Source of the DNA: a virus | Lineage: Duplodnaviria; Caudoviricetes | Virus record (IMG/VR): IMGVR_UViG_3300005686_000008 | Reading direction: 5' to 3' (one strand) | Length of the DNA: 64,000 bases | Shown: positions 17,800 through 28,700 of the stretch, one piece after another | Layout of the letters: each line of letters starts with the position of its first letter | Position numbering within the stretch: the stretch's first letter is position 1 | Made by a program: the position numbers and the translations under genes | The notes under the pieces: generated by a model | Databases searched by the model: none | The model's input: the letters and a program-made list of their open reading frames with translations, nothing else | What the model was told of the DNA's origin: nothing

Positions 17800-20001
17800 A
17801 TGTCTTTTTCAGTTGAATCATTAACTCAGGCGGCATTTAAGAAACTCTTCGGTTTAGCTCATACCGAAGTCAAGGGCTATCCGCTTGGGAATGAAGGTAT
17901 TGCAAGCCAAATTACTATTGTGGCTTCTGATGTTTATGTTGATACTATTCCGGCGACAGCGGGAGCTGTTGCAAACGTTATTGTTGCTTGTACAAATGCT
18001 ACAAACGGTCAAACTGATAGTTATTTGACTGTTTCTCAAAATCTTTCTGTTGCTCCAGATGGTTCTGGAGAGGGTCACGCTTATCTTGTAACGGTTCCTG
18101 CTGGACACGGTTTGATTGGAGAAATTAATCCACTTACTGGTGTTGCATATGCAGAGGGTAGCGTTGTTATGTCCATAATTCCAAAGAAGTTTGGAACGAC
18201 ATGGCGACCAATATTGTATGATTCTGGAAAAGTAGAAATTCCTCCGCTTTCAAGTCTTGATTGGATTCTTGATGAGAGAGGTATTATTGTTATACGAGAC
18301 AATTCTACAGCGCCTGCATACCTTGGATGTTATGTTTATATTGGAGATACGTTGGCTGATACTGCTGGCGTTTCTGGTTATTCAGGTTATTCATCAGCTT
18401 CCGGTTTTAGCGGCTATTCATCAACTTCAGGCTTCTCTGGATATTCATCGACTTCAGGTTTTTCAGGATATTCTGGTTCAGGCTTCAGCGGTTATTCAGG
18501 ATATGGACAGTCTGGATTTAGTGGATATTCTGGTTATGGAACATCGGGCTTTTCTGGTTATTCAGGACCGGCAGGCATAGGAACTCAAGGAGATTCAGGG
18601 TTTTCGGGCTATTCTGGCCTCAGCGGTTTCTCTGGTTATTCTGGCCGTTCAGGTTTTAGCGGATATTCTGGTGCAGGTTTCGTTTGGCAAGGTACTTGGT
18701 CTTCAATGGGGGCTTATGTAACAAACGATGTTGTTTCTTATAATGGAAGTTCTTATATATGTATTTCATCTTTGGACACTTGGCCGGCAGATCCACCTGA
18801 TATTGATGCTTTACATTGGAGCTTAATGTCTTCTTCTGGATATTCTGGTTATTCTGGCAGATCTGGCTTTTCTGGTTATTCAGGCTTTAGTGGATATTCT
18901 GGCTTTTCTGGTTTCTCAGGATATTCAGGCTTCTCTGGATATTCCGGCTTTAGCGGCTTCTCAGGTTATTCATCAACGTCAGGTTTTAGTGGATATTCTG
19001 GCTTTTCAGGCTATTCTTCAACATCTGGCTTTAGCGGATATAGCGGCTTTAGTGGTTTCTCTGGATATTCAGGGCGTTCTGGATTTAGCGGATATTCAGG
19101 TTTTAGCGGCTTCTCAGGTTATCGAGGAGTTTTTGGTGGAGACAGTCAGCCTCAGTGGTTTGATACAGGAACAACAGCGACGGACCCTGGCGCTCCTTAT
19201 GTAGCGTTTAATAATGCTACATATTCTTCTGTAACTGAGATATATATAAGTAATACAAATTCAGATGGGGCTAACACTGATCCGTGGCTTGGGTTTCTTG
19301 GCGATTCTACAAATCCTGTTAAAGGAATTTTAAGAGTTGTTTCTAGAAATAATTCTGCCAATTTTGCAATATTTAGCGTTGCAAGTGTTTTAAATAATAC
19401 AGACTGGTTTACTATAGGAGTTAGTTATATAATTCATAATAATGCTTTTTCTGCGTCTGAAGAAGTAATTGTTACTTTTGCTCATGCAGGAGATTCTGGT
19501 TTCTCAGGATATAGCGGCTTTAGTGGATATTCAGGACGTTCCGGTTTCTCGGGATATTCAGGATTTAGTGGTTATTCTGCATTTTCCGGTTATTCCAGCT
19601 TTAGCGGTTATTCTGGATTCTCAGGATATTCAGGAGCAGGTTCAACAAAGCTTGTATCAGCAGTTCTTTCAACTGCTGGCGATGTTGCTTTTGTTACTTC
19701 TCCTGTTACTGGAACTATTACGGCTTCTTATATTACAGGACATTCTGCAACCGGCGCAGCAACTGCTGGATCTGCGGTTGTTGATGTATGGAAAGATACA
19801 AACGCAAATTATCCGCCAACAGTAGCGGATACTATAACCGCATCTGCTAAACCAACAATAAGTTCTGCTAACAAGTCTGTAGATACAACTCTTACAGGAT
19901 GGACAACTGCGGTGACTGCTGGCGATTGGTTGGTGTTTAAATTAGATTCGATATCAACAGTAGCATATGTTATATGCTCTTTGAAAATAACAATACCTTA
20001 A
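17800..20001 (+). CDS. fibre protein with three (S-G-Y/F)n tracts and a CBM5/12-like module
   Basis: Gly-every-third tracts at about 18373-18670, 18835-19120 and 19495-19635. WQGTW....Y..NDVVSYNGSSYIC......PP.....W resembles a small carbohydrate-binding module. Confidence 0.72.
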   Translation: MSFSVESLTQAAFKKLFGLAHTEVKGYPLGNEGIASQITIVASDVYVDTIPATAGAVANVIVACTNATNGQTDSYLTVSQNLSVAPDGSGEGHAYLVTVPAGHGLIGEINPLTGVAYAEGSVVMSIIPKKFGTTWRPILYDSGKVEIPPLSSLDWILDERGIIVIRDNSTAPAYLGCYVYIGDTLADTAGVSGYSGYSSASGFSGYSSTSGFSGYSSTSGFSGYSGSGFSGYSGYGQSGFSGYSGYGTSGFSGYSGPAGIGTQGDSGFSGYSGLSGFSGYSGRSGFSGYSGAGFVWQGTWSSMGAYVTNDVVSYNGSSYICISSLDTWPADPPDIDALHWSLMSSSGYSGYSGRSGFSGYSGFSGYSGFSGFSGYSGFSGYSGFSGFSGYSSTSGFSGYSGFSGYSSTSGFSGYSGFSGFSGYSGRSGFSGYSGFSGFSGYRGVFGGDSQPQWFDTGTTATDPGAPYVAFNNATYSSVTEIYISNTNSDGANTDPWLGFLGDSTNPVKGILRVVSRNNSANFAIFSVASVLNNTDWFTIGVSYIIHNNAFSASEEVIVTFAHAGDSGFSGYSGFSGYSGRSGFSGYSGFSGYSAFSGYSSFSGYSGFSGYSGAGSTKLVSAVLSTAGDVAFVTSPVTGTITASYITGHSATGAATAGSAVVDVWKDTNANYPPTVADTITASAKPTISSANKSVDTTLTGWTTAVTAGDWLVFKLDSISTVAYVICSLKITIP

Positions 20002-20020
20002 AACATAAAGGAGAATAGGT

Positions 20021-20329
20021 ATGAGAATAGATAATGATACAGTTCAAGTAATTAAAGCAACAAGAAGTGGAACAGCACTTGCGCCAACAAATATTGAGAT
20101 ACAACTACAATGGAATGATTCAAATGGAAATGTTATGGGAACATTTACGTTTTCTTTTGCAGATCTTGATGATATTAAGAGAGTTATTGCAGAGCAGGAT
20201 AGCGGAGATATTATACGTTCGCTTGTGACTCTTTTGGTTGATAGAAACAATGGTTCATTCAATCCTTTAGTATTTAATCAAATGGAGGGGTCAACGTATA
20301 GAATTACAACAAGGGCAACAAAGATATGA
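20021..20329 (+). CDS. hypothetical protein (fibre block)
   Basis: 102 aa, AAGGAG RBS, ATGA-coupled to the next gene. Confidence 0.65.
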   Translation: MRIDNDTVQVIKATRSGTALAPTNIEIQLQWNDSNGNVMGTFTFSFADLDDIKRVIAEQDSGDIIRSLVTLLVDRNNGSFNPLVFNQMEGSTYRITTRATKI

Positions 20330-21405
20330 AAATAAGCGCACTTGTATCAAGTCCGTTGTTTATGGGAAACCACTATGTGAATTCAGGTACTCGTACCTCA
20401 TTCTCTCTAAACTCTGCATATGTTAACAATACAAGTGGATTTGGTGTTGGTGTTCGTTATCATGCGAAAACAACAGATACTTTAGATGAGTTTTATGTTA
20501 TGCTTGATGCTAATACTGGAACTCTTGGCAATATAACTATGCAATGTATAATTAATAACGAAAACGGGGCAACCAGAGCTGGATCAACAACGAGAGCAAC
20601 ATCAACCGCAACCGCAATGCCTAATGCTGTTGATAAGTGGATTAAGTTTACATTTGGTACACCATATACTCCTGCTATTGGGGAAATATTATGGTTTATT
20701 GCATACAATACATCAGCAGCTCCAACAACAGATTATCCGCAAATTCTAACAGTTACAACTGCTCAATATAATAACATTATATCAGCTTATGGAGTAACAA
20801 ACGCATATTCTACAACGAACGGATTTAGCGCTGGCGGTTCAGCAATAAGTGAAACTCCATTTGTTATAAAACAAGGAAGCATGTATGTTGGCAATCCTTT
20901 TACCGCTTATCAAGCAACAACAACAGGGTCAAACACTCTTGAAAGGGGCATACAGATTACGCTTACAAGTCCCGTCACTATTAGCGGAGTAATGATTTAT
21001 GCAGGCGCATCCAATATAAATGAACTAAAAATCTACGATTCAACTACAGCGCCGGGAGGAACAACAATAGCAACGATTGACTTGGATAGTACAGCAAATA
21101 TGACAACCGGAGATACAAGCGGAGGTTTTTCGTTTTCTCCTATTACATTACCTGCCGGAACTTATAATATTGTGCTGTCTATTAGCGCTAACTCAACGTT
21201 GCCTGCTTCTGGTGTTATAGAAGATTATTCTAGCTATAGCACCATGTTTGATAGCATGAGAGCGCAAGACACACTGCATAATCCTATTGGAGTTGTTGAT
21301 GACGGGGCTGGGGGATGGACGTTGCTGAAAGATTTGTGTCCAGGTATTTTGTTGTATATTGATGATTTTCCATACGCAAGGTATCCGGCTGCATTTTTCG
21401 CATAA
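20326..21405 (+). CDS. Ser/Thr-rich beta-sandwich structural protein
   Basis: 359 aa, T/S/G/A-rich, apparently two similar beta domains. Confidence 0.55.
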   Translation: MKISALVSSPLFMGNHYVNSGTRTSFSLNSAYVNNTSGFGVGVRYHAKTTDTLDEFYVMLDANTGTLGNITMQCIINNENGATRAGSTTRATSTATAMPNAVDKWIKFTFGTPYTPAIGEILWFIAYNTSAAPTTDYPQILTVTTAQYNNIISAYGVTNAYSTTNGFSAGGSAISETPFVIKQGSMYVGNPFTAYQATTTGSNTLERGIQITLTSPVTISGVMIYAGASNINELKIYDSTTAPGGTTIATIDLDSTANMTTGDTSGGFSFSPITLPAGTYNIVLSISANSTLPASGVIEDYSSYSTMFDSMRAQDTLHNPIGVVDDGAGGWTLLKDLCPGILLYIDDFPYARYPAAFFA

Positions 21406-21546
21406 TATTCAAAATTACAAGATAATTTTCCTGTATTTAACTGAATTTGAAATGTACTCTCCATCCATTTGTAGAGAGGATTATCATAGTGTTTTTTTGT
21501 AGATAATTGATAGTTTTACTAAAATAATGTAAAGGATGTCTGTAGT

Positions 21547-24500
21547 ATGGCTAGTTTCACAGAAAGATATGTAACTGTTTCTGGTGCCGGAAGCAATGAT
21601 GGAACATCAGAAGCTAATGCTTGGTCATGGTCTCAAATGATTGCTAATGTTGCTACTGATTTTACAAATCTTGCAGGAGTTGGAAGTATTAGAGTCAATG
21701 TCAAGAGCGGTTCTTATGGGTCTATTGGAGCTACTACTCTGATTGGCGGAGCAGCAATGAGACCTCTTGTTTATCGAGGTTATAGTTCTTCTATAGGAGA
21801 TTTGGATGCACAAGGTAGGAATCCAGACGGTTCGTTGAATGTTACAAATTTCCCAACAATTACTGTTACGGCATCTTGGACGCCTGCGGCTCATATAGTG
21901 TTACAAAATATAAACTTTAGCGGAAGCGTAAATGGAGAATTGATTTTATCATCAGCGGTTGATAACTGTATATTGATTCAAATTAAGATGGTCAATTCTG
22001 CTAATAATGCTTCTGCTTCTTGTTTGAGATTAGACGATTCAATAGTCTTAATTATGTGTGATTTTGAATGTTCTGGAGCTAGTCATACAACAGTTGTTAA
22101 TACAGATGTACATGCAAGATATATTGATTGTAGATTCAAGGGAGTTGCGTCGGCTGCTTTAGTTAGTCCGAATGACGGTCCTATTATTAATCGTTGTCTT
22201 TTTATTGGTTCTTCTGTAACAGGAACTGGAATAAGTATAACTTCACCGGGCGCGTTCCCTATATCTATATTTAATTGCACTTTTTATAATTTAGATACTT
22301 GTATGTTGTTTAGCAATGACGCTCCAACAGCTTGTGCTTATGTTATGTTCAATAATCATGCAACTGATTGTACCAAATATATAGAGAATTTGTATACAAC
22401 TCAAGATCTGGCGATATTTGAAATTACCAATAGAACTAGAGATATAGGAACTTTGCTTACTGGCGTGTTAACTAATGCTTCTTCTGGCAATATTACTACT
22501 GATACTGGAGGGGCAGAAACCGATTATACTGATGCCGCTTCTGGTAATTTCAATCTTATTTCTGGCGCTGGCGCATTGCTTTATGGAACGTCTACAACCG
22601 CTTTGGCTTCTCTTGCTGCTGGTTCTTCTACTCAAGTTCTTCATGGAGGGGCGACTCCATCGTGGGCGTCTGTAAGTCTAACCGCTGATGTAAGCGGAAT
22701 CCTTCCGGGCGGGAATGGCGGAACAAATAATGCGTTTATGCAGTTCTCTGGGCCAACAACATCTATTAAAACGTATACCCTTCCAGATACATCTACAACC
22801 ATTCTTACAACGGCTGCAACTGTTACTGTTGCTCAGGGAGGTACTGGCAGGGCAACTCTTACTGCAAATAATGTTTTGCTTGGAAATGTAACCTCTCCAG
22901 TTGGACTAGTTGCTCCAAGTACAAGCGGAAACGTTCTTACATCCAATGGTACAACATGGATTTCTCAGGCTCCTGCAACTGCTTCGATGTCAATAGGAGC
23001 AACTGTTACAAGCGGAACCGCTGGTTCTGTATTGTTTGTCGGAAGCGGTCCTGTTTTATCTCAGAACAATACAAATTTCTATTGGGATAATACAGTAAAT
23101 GCTAATTATCTAAGGCTTGGCTCCGGGACTGCTGCTGGAGAAATAAGGCTTACTCAGAATAGCGGAGGAAATTATGTAAGTCTGAAAGCTCCCGCATCGC
23201 TAGCGTCTAGCACTCCATATATTTTGCCAAACGCTTATCCGGTTGGAAGCGGATATGTTCTTTCTTCTGATGTTTCCGGCAATTTGTCATGGATTGCTGG
23301 TAGCGGGGTTTCGTTTGACCTAATTACTACAGGAGTTAATGTAAGCGGTCAAATAATGACAGTTCAAGATCCGTCAAGAATGTATTTCTATCCGCTTAGT
23401 ATGCAGTTCTATAATAGCGGCGGAAGCTTAACTTATAATCTAAGCAGCGGAACAACTTCTTCTGCGTATAATTATACTCAACAGTTTACTGTTGGAGATC
23501 AGTGTATACAAATAGCCCACGGAAGATATACTCCTGCAACTCTTTCTGCTAATGCAACCAAATATTCTATAGGATTCCATGAAAACTATATAAAGATAGC
23601 AGGAGATACAGGAGATCCTCCGAGAAGGCTTCAGGGTATGGACTATAATTTCGCGGGAAGAAGAGTCTATATAAGAAACGCAGGAGAGTACGACATCCTT
23701 GTATGCCATGAAAGTTCAAGCGCTTATTCCGCAGCAAAGAGAATTGTAACTCCATATGGCGTTGATTTGCTTATGAGGCCAAAAGACGAGTTTACTTTTA
23801 TGTGGGATGACGAGGCCGGCGGAGATGGATTAGGAAGATGGCTACTTGTAAATGGACACGATACTGTTGTTGAAGATCCAATGTGTGTTGCAAAGATGTA
23901 TGAAGAGTTTTGGGGAGGAATAACAACCTCTGGTAGTATTGGAAATACTGGATATCTTTTACAGGCTTCTGGTGGGTCTGTTTTGCAAAACGTAAGCGGG
24001 ACTAGCACAGACGAACAAGGTTGGGTTCAGATTCAGACTGGAACAGGAACTACAGGATATGCAACCCTTCATTATAATGCTGCAACCCAAAAGACAAGTA
24101 ACATTCTTAATGGAACTATTTGGGAATGTCTTATAAGACTTCCAACTATTGCTGATGGGACTAATGATTATAAAGTAATATTGGGGACATCAGATTCTAA
24201 TACAACGTTTGGTTCTACGAATGCGTTTATTGGATTTATCTACGATAGAGCAACATATGGCGATTATTGGTACATGAGATGTCATGACGGCTCAACAACA
24301 ACCGACGTTGTAACAAATATTGCTGTTGATACAAACTGGATTAGTTTGAAATGGATACTTTCTAGCGATAGAACCAAAGTATCATTCTATATCAATAACG
24401 GGTTTATTTATGACATAACAACTTCAATACCTCTTGCTACTACAAGGGTTCATCCGTCTATACTAGGTATATTTAAGACTGCTGGAACTTCAACAAGATA

Positions 24501-24645
24501 TGTCGATATAGAAATGACAAAGCTTATGGTTTTCTATCAGAATAGAAGGCTGATAACTCCAAGCTCTGCTGGAATTGAGAAAGGTGCTGGCGGAAGATCA
24601 TCTTATCCTGGGGCTAATCCTCCGGCTCCTGTTATTGAATGGTGA
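21547..24645 (+). CDS. fibre/spike protein with N-terminal beta-helix and C-terminal lectin-like domain
   Basis: YV...GAG.NDGTS.ANAW, periodic NC.F/CDF beta-helix repeats, ..GGTG fibre repeats and a C-terminal W..L.......V.FYIN ConA-like motif. Confidence 0.65.
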   Translation: MASFTERYVTVSGAGSNDGTSEANAWSWSQMIANVATDFTNLAGVGSIRVNVKSGSYGSIGATTLIGGAAMRPLVYRGYSSSIGDLDAQGRNPDGSLNVTNFPTITVTASWTPAAHIVLQNINFSGSVNGELILSSAVDNCILIQIKMVNSANNASASCLRLDDSIVLIMCDFECSGASHTTVVNTDVHARYIDCRFKGVASAALVSPNDGPIINRCLFIGSSVTGTGISITSPGAFPISIFNCTFYNLDTCMLFSNDAPTACAYVMFNNHATDCTKYIENLYTTQDLAIFEITNRTRDIGTLLTGVLTNASSGNITTDTGGAETDYTDAASGNFNLISGAGALLYGTSTTALASLAAGSSTQVLHGGATPSWASVSLTADVSGILPGGNGGTNNAFMQFSGPTTSIKTYTLPDTSTTILTTAATVTVAQGGTGRATLTANNVLLGNVTSPVGLVAPSTSGNVLTSNGTTWISQAPATASMSIGATVTSGTAGSVLFVGSGPVLSQNNTNFYWDNTVNANYLRLGSGTAAGEIRLTQNSGGNYVSLKAPASLASSTPYILPNAYPVGSGYVLSSDVSGNLSWIAGSGVSFDLITTGVNVSGQIMTVQDPSRMYFYPLSMQFYNSGGSLTYNLSSGTTSSAYNYTQQFTVGDQCIQIAHGRYTPATLSANATKYSIGFHENYIKIAGDTGDPPRRLQGMDYNFAGRRVYIRNAGEYDILVCHESSSAYSAAKRIVTPYGVDLLMRPKDEFTFMWDDEAGGDGLGRWLLVNGHDTVVEDPMCVAKMYEEFWGGITTSGSIGNTGYLLQASGGSVLQNVSGTSTDEQGWVQIQTGTGTTGYATLHYNAATQKTSNILNGTIWECLIRLPTIADGTNDYKVILGTSDSNTTFGSTNAFIGFIYDRATYGDYWYMRCHDGSTTTDVVTNIAVDTNWISLKWILSSDRTKVSFYINNGFIYDITTSIPLATTRVHPSILGIFKTAGTSTRYVDIEMTKLMVFYQNRRLITPSSAGIEKGAGGRSSYPGANPPAPVIEW

Positions 24646-24664
24646 TATTTGGGAGATTTGAATA

Positions 24665-25657
24665 ATGCCTAGAGCGATAGTTATTTCGGTCAACCTTGGA
24701 GCTGGATTTGCTGGCCTTAATCTTGTTGCGCAAATTATTAGGCCTGATGGCACCAATATGACGGGACTTATTGCTGATGGATTTTATGAGGTTGGAGAAG
24801 GATTCTATATTTGGGAATATCTCAATTTCCCTGATAATTTTAGAGGCGGAGTCAAGTTTTACAATCAAGCTGATACTTCAAGGGTTCTTTCGTTCATAGA
24901 TGTTACATCTGAAGACGTAACAGGATGTACTTCTAATGAGGAGTGCGTTCCGGAAATAGGAGAAACGTTTGATATAACCTATAGCGATCAACCAAACCTT
25001 AACTTCTATGCATTGTTGTTTTCTGCTGAAGATGGTACAAAAGCTTGGGTTCCAGCAACGTCAACATTTGAAACGTATCTCTTGTCAAGTCATTCAAACT
25101 TTGTTATGCCTTTGGTGCAAGACCCGGATAGACTTGGATGGTATGAATATACAATAACTAATGTTGCAAATATTCCGGTTGTTGTTGGTGGGCAGTATTA
25201 TTTTGTAGAAGTTTGGCAAAGAAGAGGGGCTTCTCCAGATAGAACTGCCGATCTTAATACTGGAACTCTAAGGGTATGCTGGGGCGCTCAAGAGGGAGAA
25301 TGGCTTGAAATTGCTCGCAGAGTTTGGGAATATGGAACAAGAACGTTGACTGATTTCAACGGCATTACCCCTCAACAAATTTGGGAATATTCGACAAGAA
25401 CTCTTACAGAGGGCGGAATAGCCGATTGCGATTATACAGAACTTGAAAAGCATATTTTGGCAGCGATAGCGATATCTACGGGCAAGACAATCGAAGAGAT
25501 ACATCAAGGAGATGCTGCTTTGGCCGTTAGTATACAGAAGACATTTGATTTGTTAAAGGTATGTTGCGCCAAGACGAAGGGCACTCCTAACATTCAAACT
25601 CCTCGAATAGGACCAAGAGGCTCCAAGGGAAGAAATCCAGACGTAAGGTTCAAGTAA
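24665..25657 (+). CDS. structural adaptor protein (paralogue of 46895-47419)
   Basis: GF.EVG.G.Y.W.Y..FPDNFRGGVKFY is shared with 46895; tandem VWEYGTRTLT/IWEYSTRTLT repeats. Confidence 0.6.
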   Translation: MPRAIVISVNLGAGFAGLNLVAQIIRPDGTNMTGLIADGFYEVGEGFYIWEYLNFPDNFRGGVKFYNQADTSRVLSFIDVTSEDVTGCTSNEECVPEIGETFDITYSDQPNLNFYALLFSAEDGTKAWVPATSTFETYLLSSHSNFVMPLVQDPDRLGWYEYTITNVANIPVVVGGQYYFVEVWQRRGASPDRTADLNTGTLRVCWGAQEGEWLEIARRVWEYGTRTLTDFNGITPQQIWEYSTRTLTEGGIADCDYTELEKHILAAIAISTGKTIEEIHQGDAALAVSIQKTFDLLKVCCAKTKGTPNIQTPRIGPRGSKGRNPDVRFK

Positions 25658-25714
25658 TAGGGTGTAATTCAGTTTGCGTTTGTCGATAATCGTTAAGTAA
25701 ACGAGGAATCGAAA

Positions 25715-28700
25715 ATGCAAAATGTGAAGTATTCGATTGTAATTCCGACCTACAATCATCTTGAAGACTGCCTTAAGCCCTGTATTGAAAGCATTATTAG
25801 GTATACAGACCTCTCAAATGTAGAGGTTATTGTTGTTGCTAATGGTTGTACAGATGGAACGAGGCAGTATGTTGAAAGTCTTGGCGAACATTTTAGACTT
25901 ATTTGGGCCGACGCTCCTCTCGGTTACATAAAACCAACTAATATGGGTATTAGAGAGGCAAAAGGCGAATATGTCGTCCTTTTGAATAATGATGTTATCT
26001 TATGCGAACAGCCTAAGAATCTTTGGTTATTTATGCTGGAAAGCCCGTTTATCAAAGATCCTAAAACGGGAATAACTGGTCCATATAAAGACATTCTTTT
26101 TTATTGGGAAAGCGGTAGGATAAACTTCAGAAATGAGTTTATTGCATTTTTCTGCGCAATGTTCAAAAGATCTATTATCAGTTTGGTGGGTCTTTTAGAT
26201 GAAGATTTTGGCTTAGGATATGAAGAAGATGTAGAGTTTTGCACAAGAATAACCAAGGCTGGATTCAAAGTTGTTGAAGTTCCAGATGACATGCATTATG
26301 ATCTAAATATAACAAGAGAATATCTAGAAGCAAATCCTAATATCAACACAAAGTATCCTCTGATTCATCTTGATAGGATGACCTTTAAGCATATTACTCT
26401 TCCTCGCCAAAGCAGTCCGCTGTTGAAAAAGCATAGGCCTCCAAAGTATTCCATTATAATTCCAACCTACAATCATCTCGAAGATTGCCTCAAGCCTTGC
26501 ATTGAAAGCATTATTAGGTATACAGATCTTTCAGAAGTAGAGGTTATCATCGTTGCCAATGGGTGTACAGATGGTACTGAAGAATATGTAAGGAATCTTG
26601 GATATCCATTTAAGCTATTGCATATTAAAGAGGCTGCTGGATATACAAAATCTACGAATGAGGGCATTAAGGTATCGCAAGGCAAGTACGTTATATTGCT
26701 CAATAATGATAACGTGATTATGGAATCTCCAAAGCATGAATGGATAAAGGCTTTAGAGAGACCGTTTAGAGAGCAAAGTAATGTCGGAATAACTGGCGTT
26801 GCCAAAGATGTTCATTATGGAACAGGTTGCGAGTTCTTGTTGTTTTTCTGTGTAATGATTGATTACAATGTTTTTAGGAAAATCGGGTTCTTGGATGAGG
26901 TATTCAATCCCGGTTATGGAGAGGATATAGATTTTTGTAACAAAGTAAAGAGGAATGGTCTAAAGGTTGTACAGGTTCCCGAAGATTGCACTTTGACCAG
27001 ACCGAGACTTGCTCATGAACATGGTCTTAATTTTCCTATTTGGCATAAAGGAAGCAAAACGGTGTCTACATTCAAGGACTGGGATAAGACTGTTCCTAGA
27101 AATGAAAAGATACTCTTTGAAAGATATGGTAAGGCATCCTATCCAAAGTATTCGATTGTAATTCCAACCTACAATCACTTTCAGGATTGTCTCAAACCTT
27201 GTATTGAAAGCGTTATTAGGCATACGAACCTTTCAAACGTAGAGGTTATCGTTGTTGCTAATGGTTGTACAGATGGAACTAGAGAGTATGTTGAAAGCCT
27301 TGGAAGTCCATTTAGGCTTATTTGGAATGAGGCTCCTCTTGGATATATAAAGCCAACCAATATGGGCATCAGGGAGGCAAAAGGCGAGTATGTTATACTG
27401 TTAAATAATGATACGCAAATAGTTGCGCCAGGATGGATTGAGATTCTCGCTTCTCCTTTTGCATCAGGCAATATTGGTATAACTGGCCCCAGAAAGGCAT
27501 GGAGAGATGATGTAAAGAAAGAGTATATCCTTTTCTTCTGCGCTATGATAAAGAAAGAGGTTTTCAACAAGATAGGTTTATTAGATGAGAGTTTTGGTAT
27601 CGGGTATAATGAGGATACGGATTTCTGCATACGAGCAGTAAAAGCAGGTTATGAACTTGTTGAAGTTCCGTATGATATCAAGTATAGCGATAGCAATAAG
27701 GGAAATGATAGCAGAGAAATGCCATTCCCGATTTGTCATACAGGCGGAAGAACATTTTCGAGCATGTTTGAGAGTTCTGCGGCAGGGGCATCTAAGAATG
27801 TCCATTTATTGTATGCAAAGCATTGTCCAAAGGTTTATGACTGTTTCATGTTTTTCAATGAGCTTGATTTGCTTGAAATAAGACTTAATGAACTTGATGA
27901 GGTTGTGGATAAGTTTGTACTTATTGAAGCAAGATACACTCACCAAGGCAAACCAAAGCCTCTTTATTTTGACGAGAACAAGCAAAGGTTTGCTAAGTTC
28001 TTACACAAGATTGATCATATTGTAGTTGAAGAGTTTCCAGAGGCAAAAAGTAAATGGGACAATGAGATTTTTCAGCGTAATGCAGCGATGAATGTTTTGA
28101 AGGATGCTATTCCTAATGCTGTTGTTATATTGTCAGATGTAGACGAGATACCTAGTAAGTCGGCTATACTTGAGTATTTTTCTTTGACAGGAATTTATAC
28201 GTTAGAGCAGAGGGTTTTCTACTATCATTTGAACTGCGAGATTCCTGATTCTAAATGGACATTGGCTAAGATATGTAGATATTCAGATATTGGCAATAGA
28301 ACGATAAACGATATTAGAACATCTCCTGTTGTTAATGTTTTGAAAAACGCAGGTTGTCATTTTAGTTACATTGGAGGAAGCGAGCAGATAATATCTAAGA
28401 TCAAAGCTTTTTCTCATCTTGAATATAATCAAGAACACATTGTAAACAAGAATGCAATAGAAAGTAGGGTGAGCGAGTGTAAAGATGTTTTTGGTAGAGA
28501 TATTTCTTTCCAGTTGGTTGAAGATCTTTCGTATTTGCCTTCATTTGTTTTGAATAATCTTGATAAGTATAGAAGACTAGGGCTTATTAGAAGCGCAAAA
28601 GAAGACGGAAGGCCAAAGGTTTATGACTGTTTCATGTTCTTCAATGAGATGGATGTTTTGGAAATAAGGCTCAATGAGCTTGACGAGGTTGTTGATAGGT

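Noticed and set aside
18373-19635. CRISPR array or DNA-level tandem repeat
   Set aside because: The repeats are in-frame coding triplets with variable synonymous codons and no repeat-spacer structure. No CRISPR array was seen anywhere in the window.
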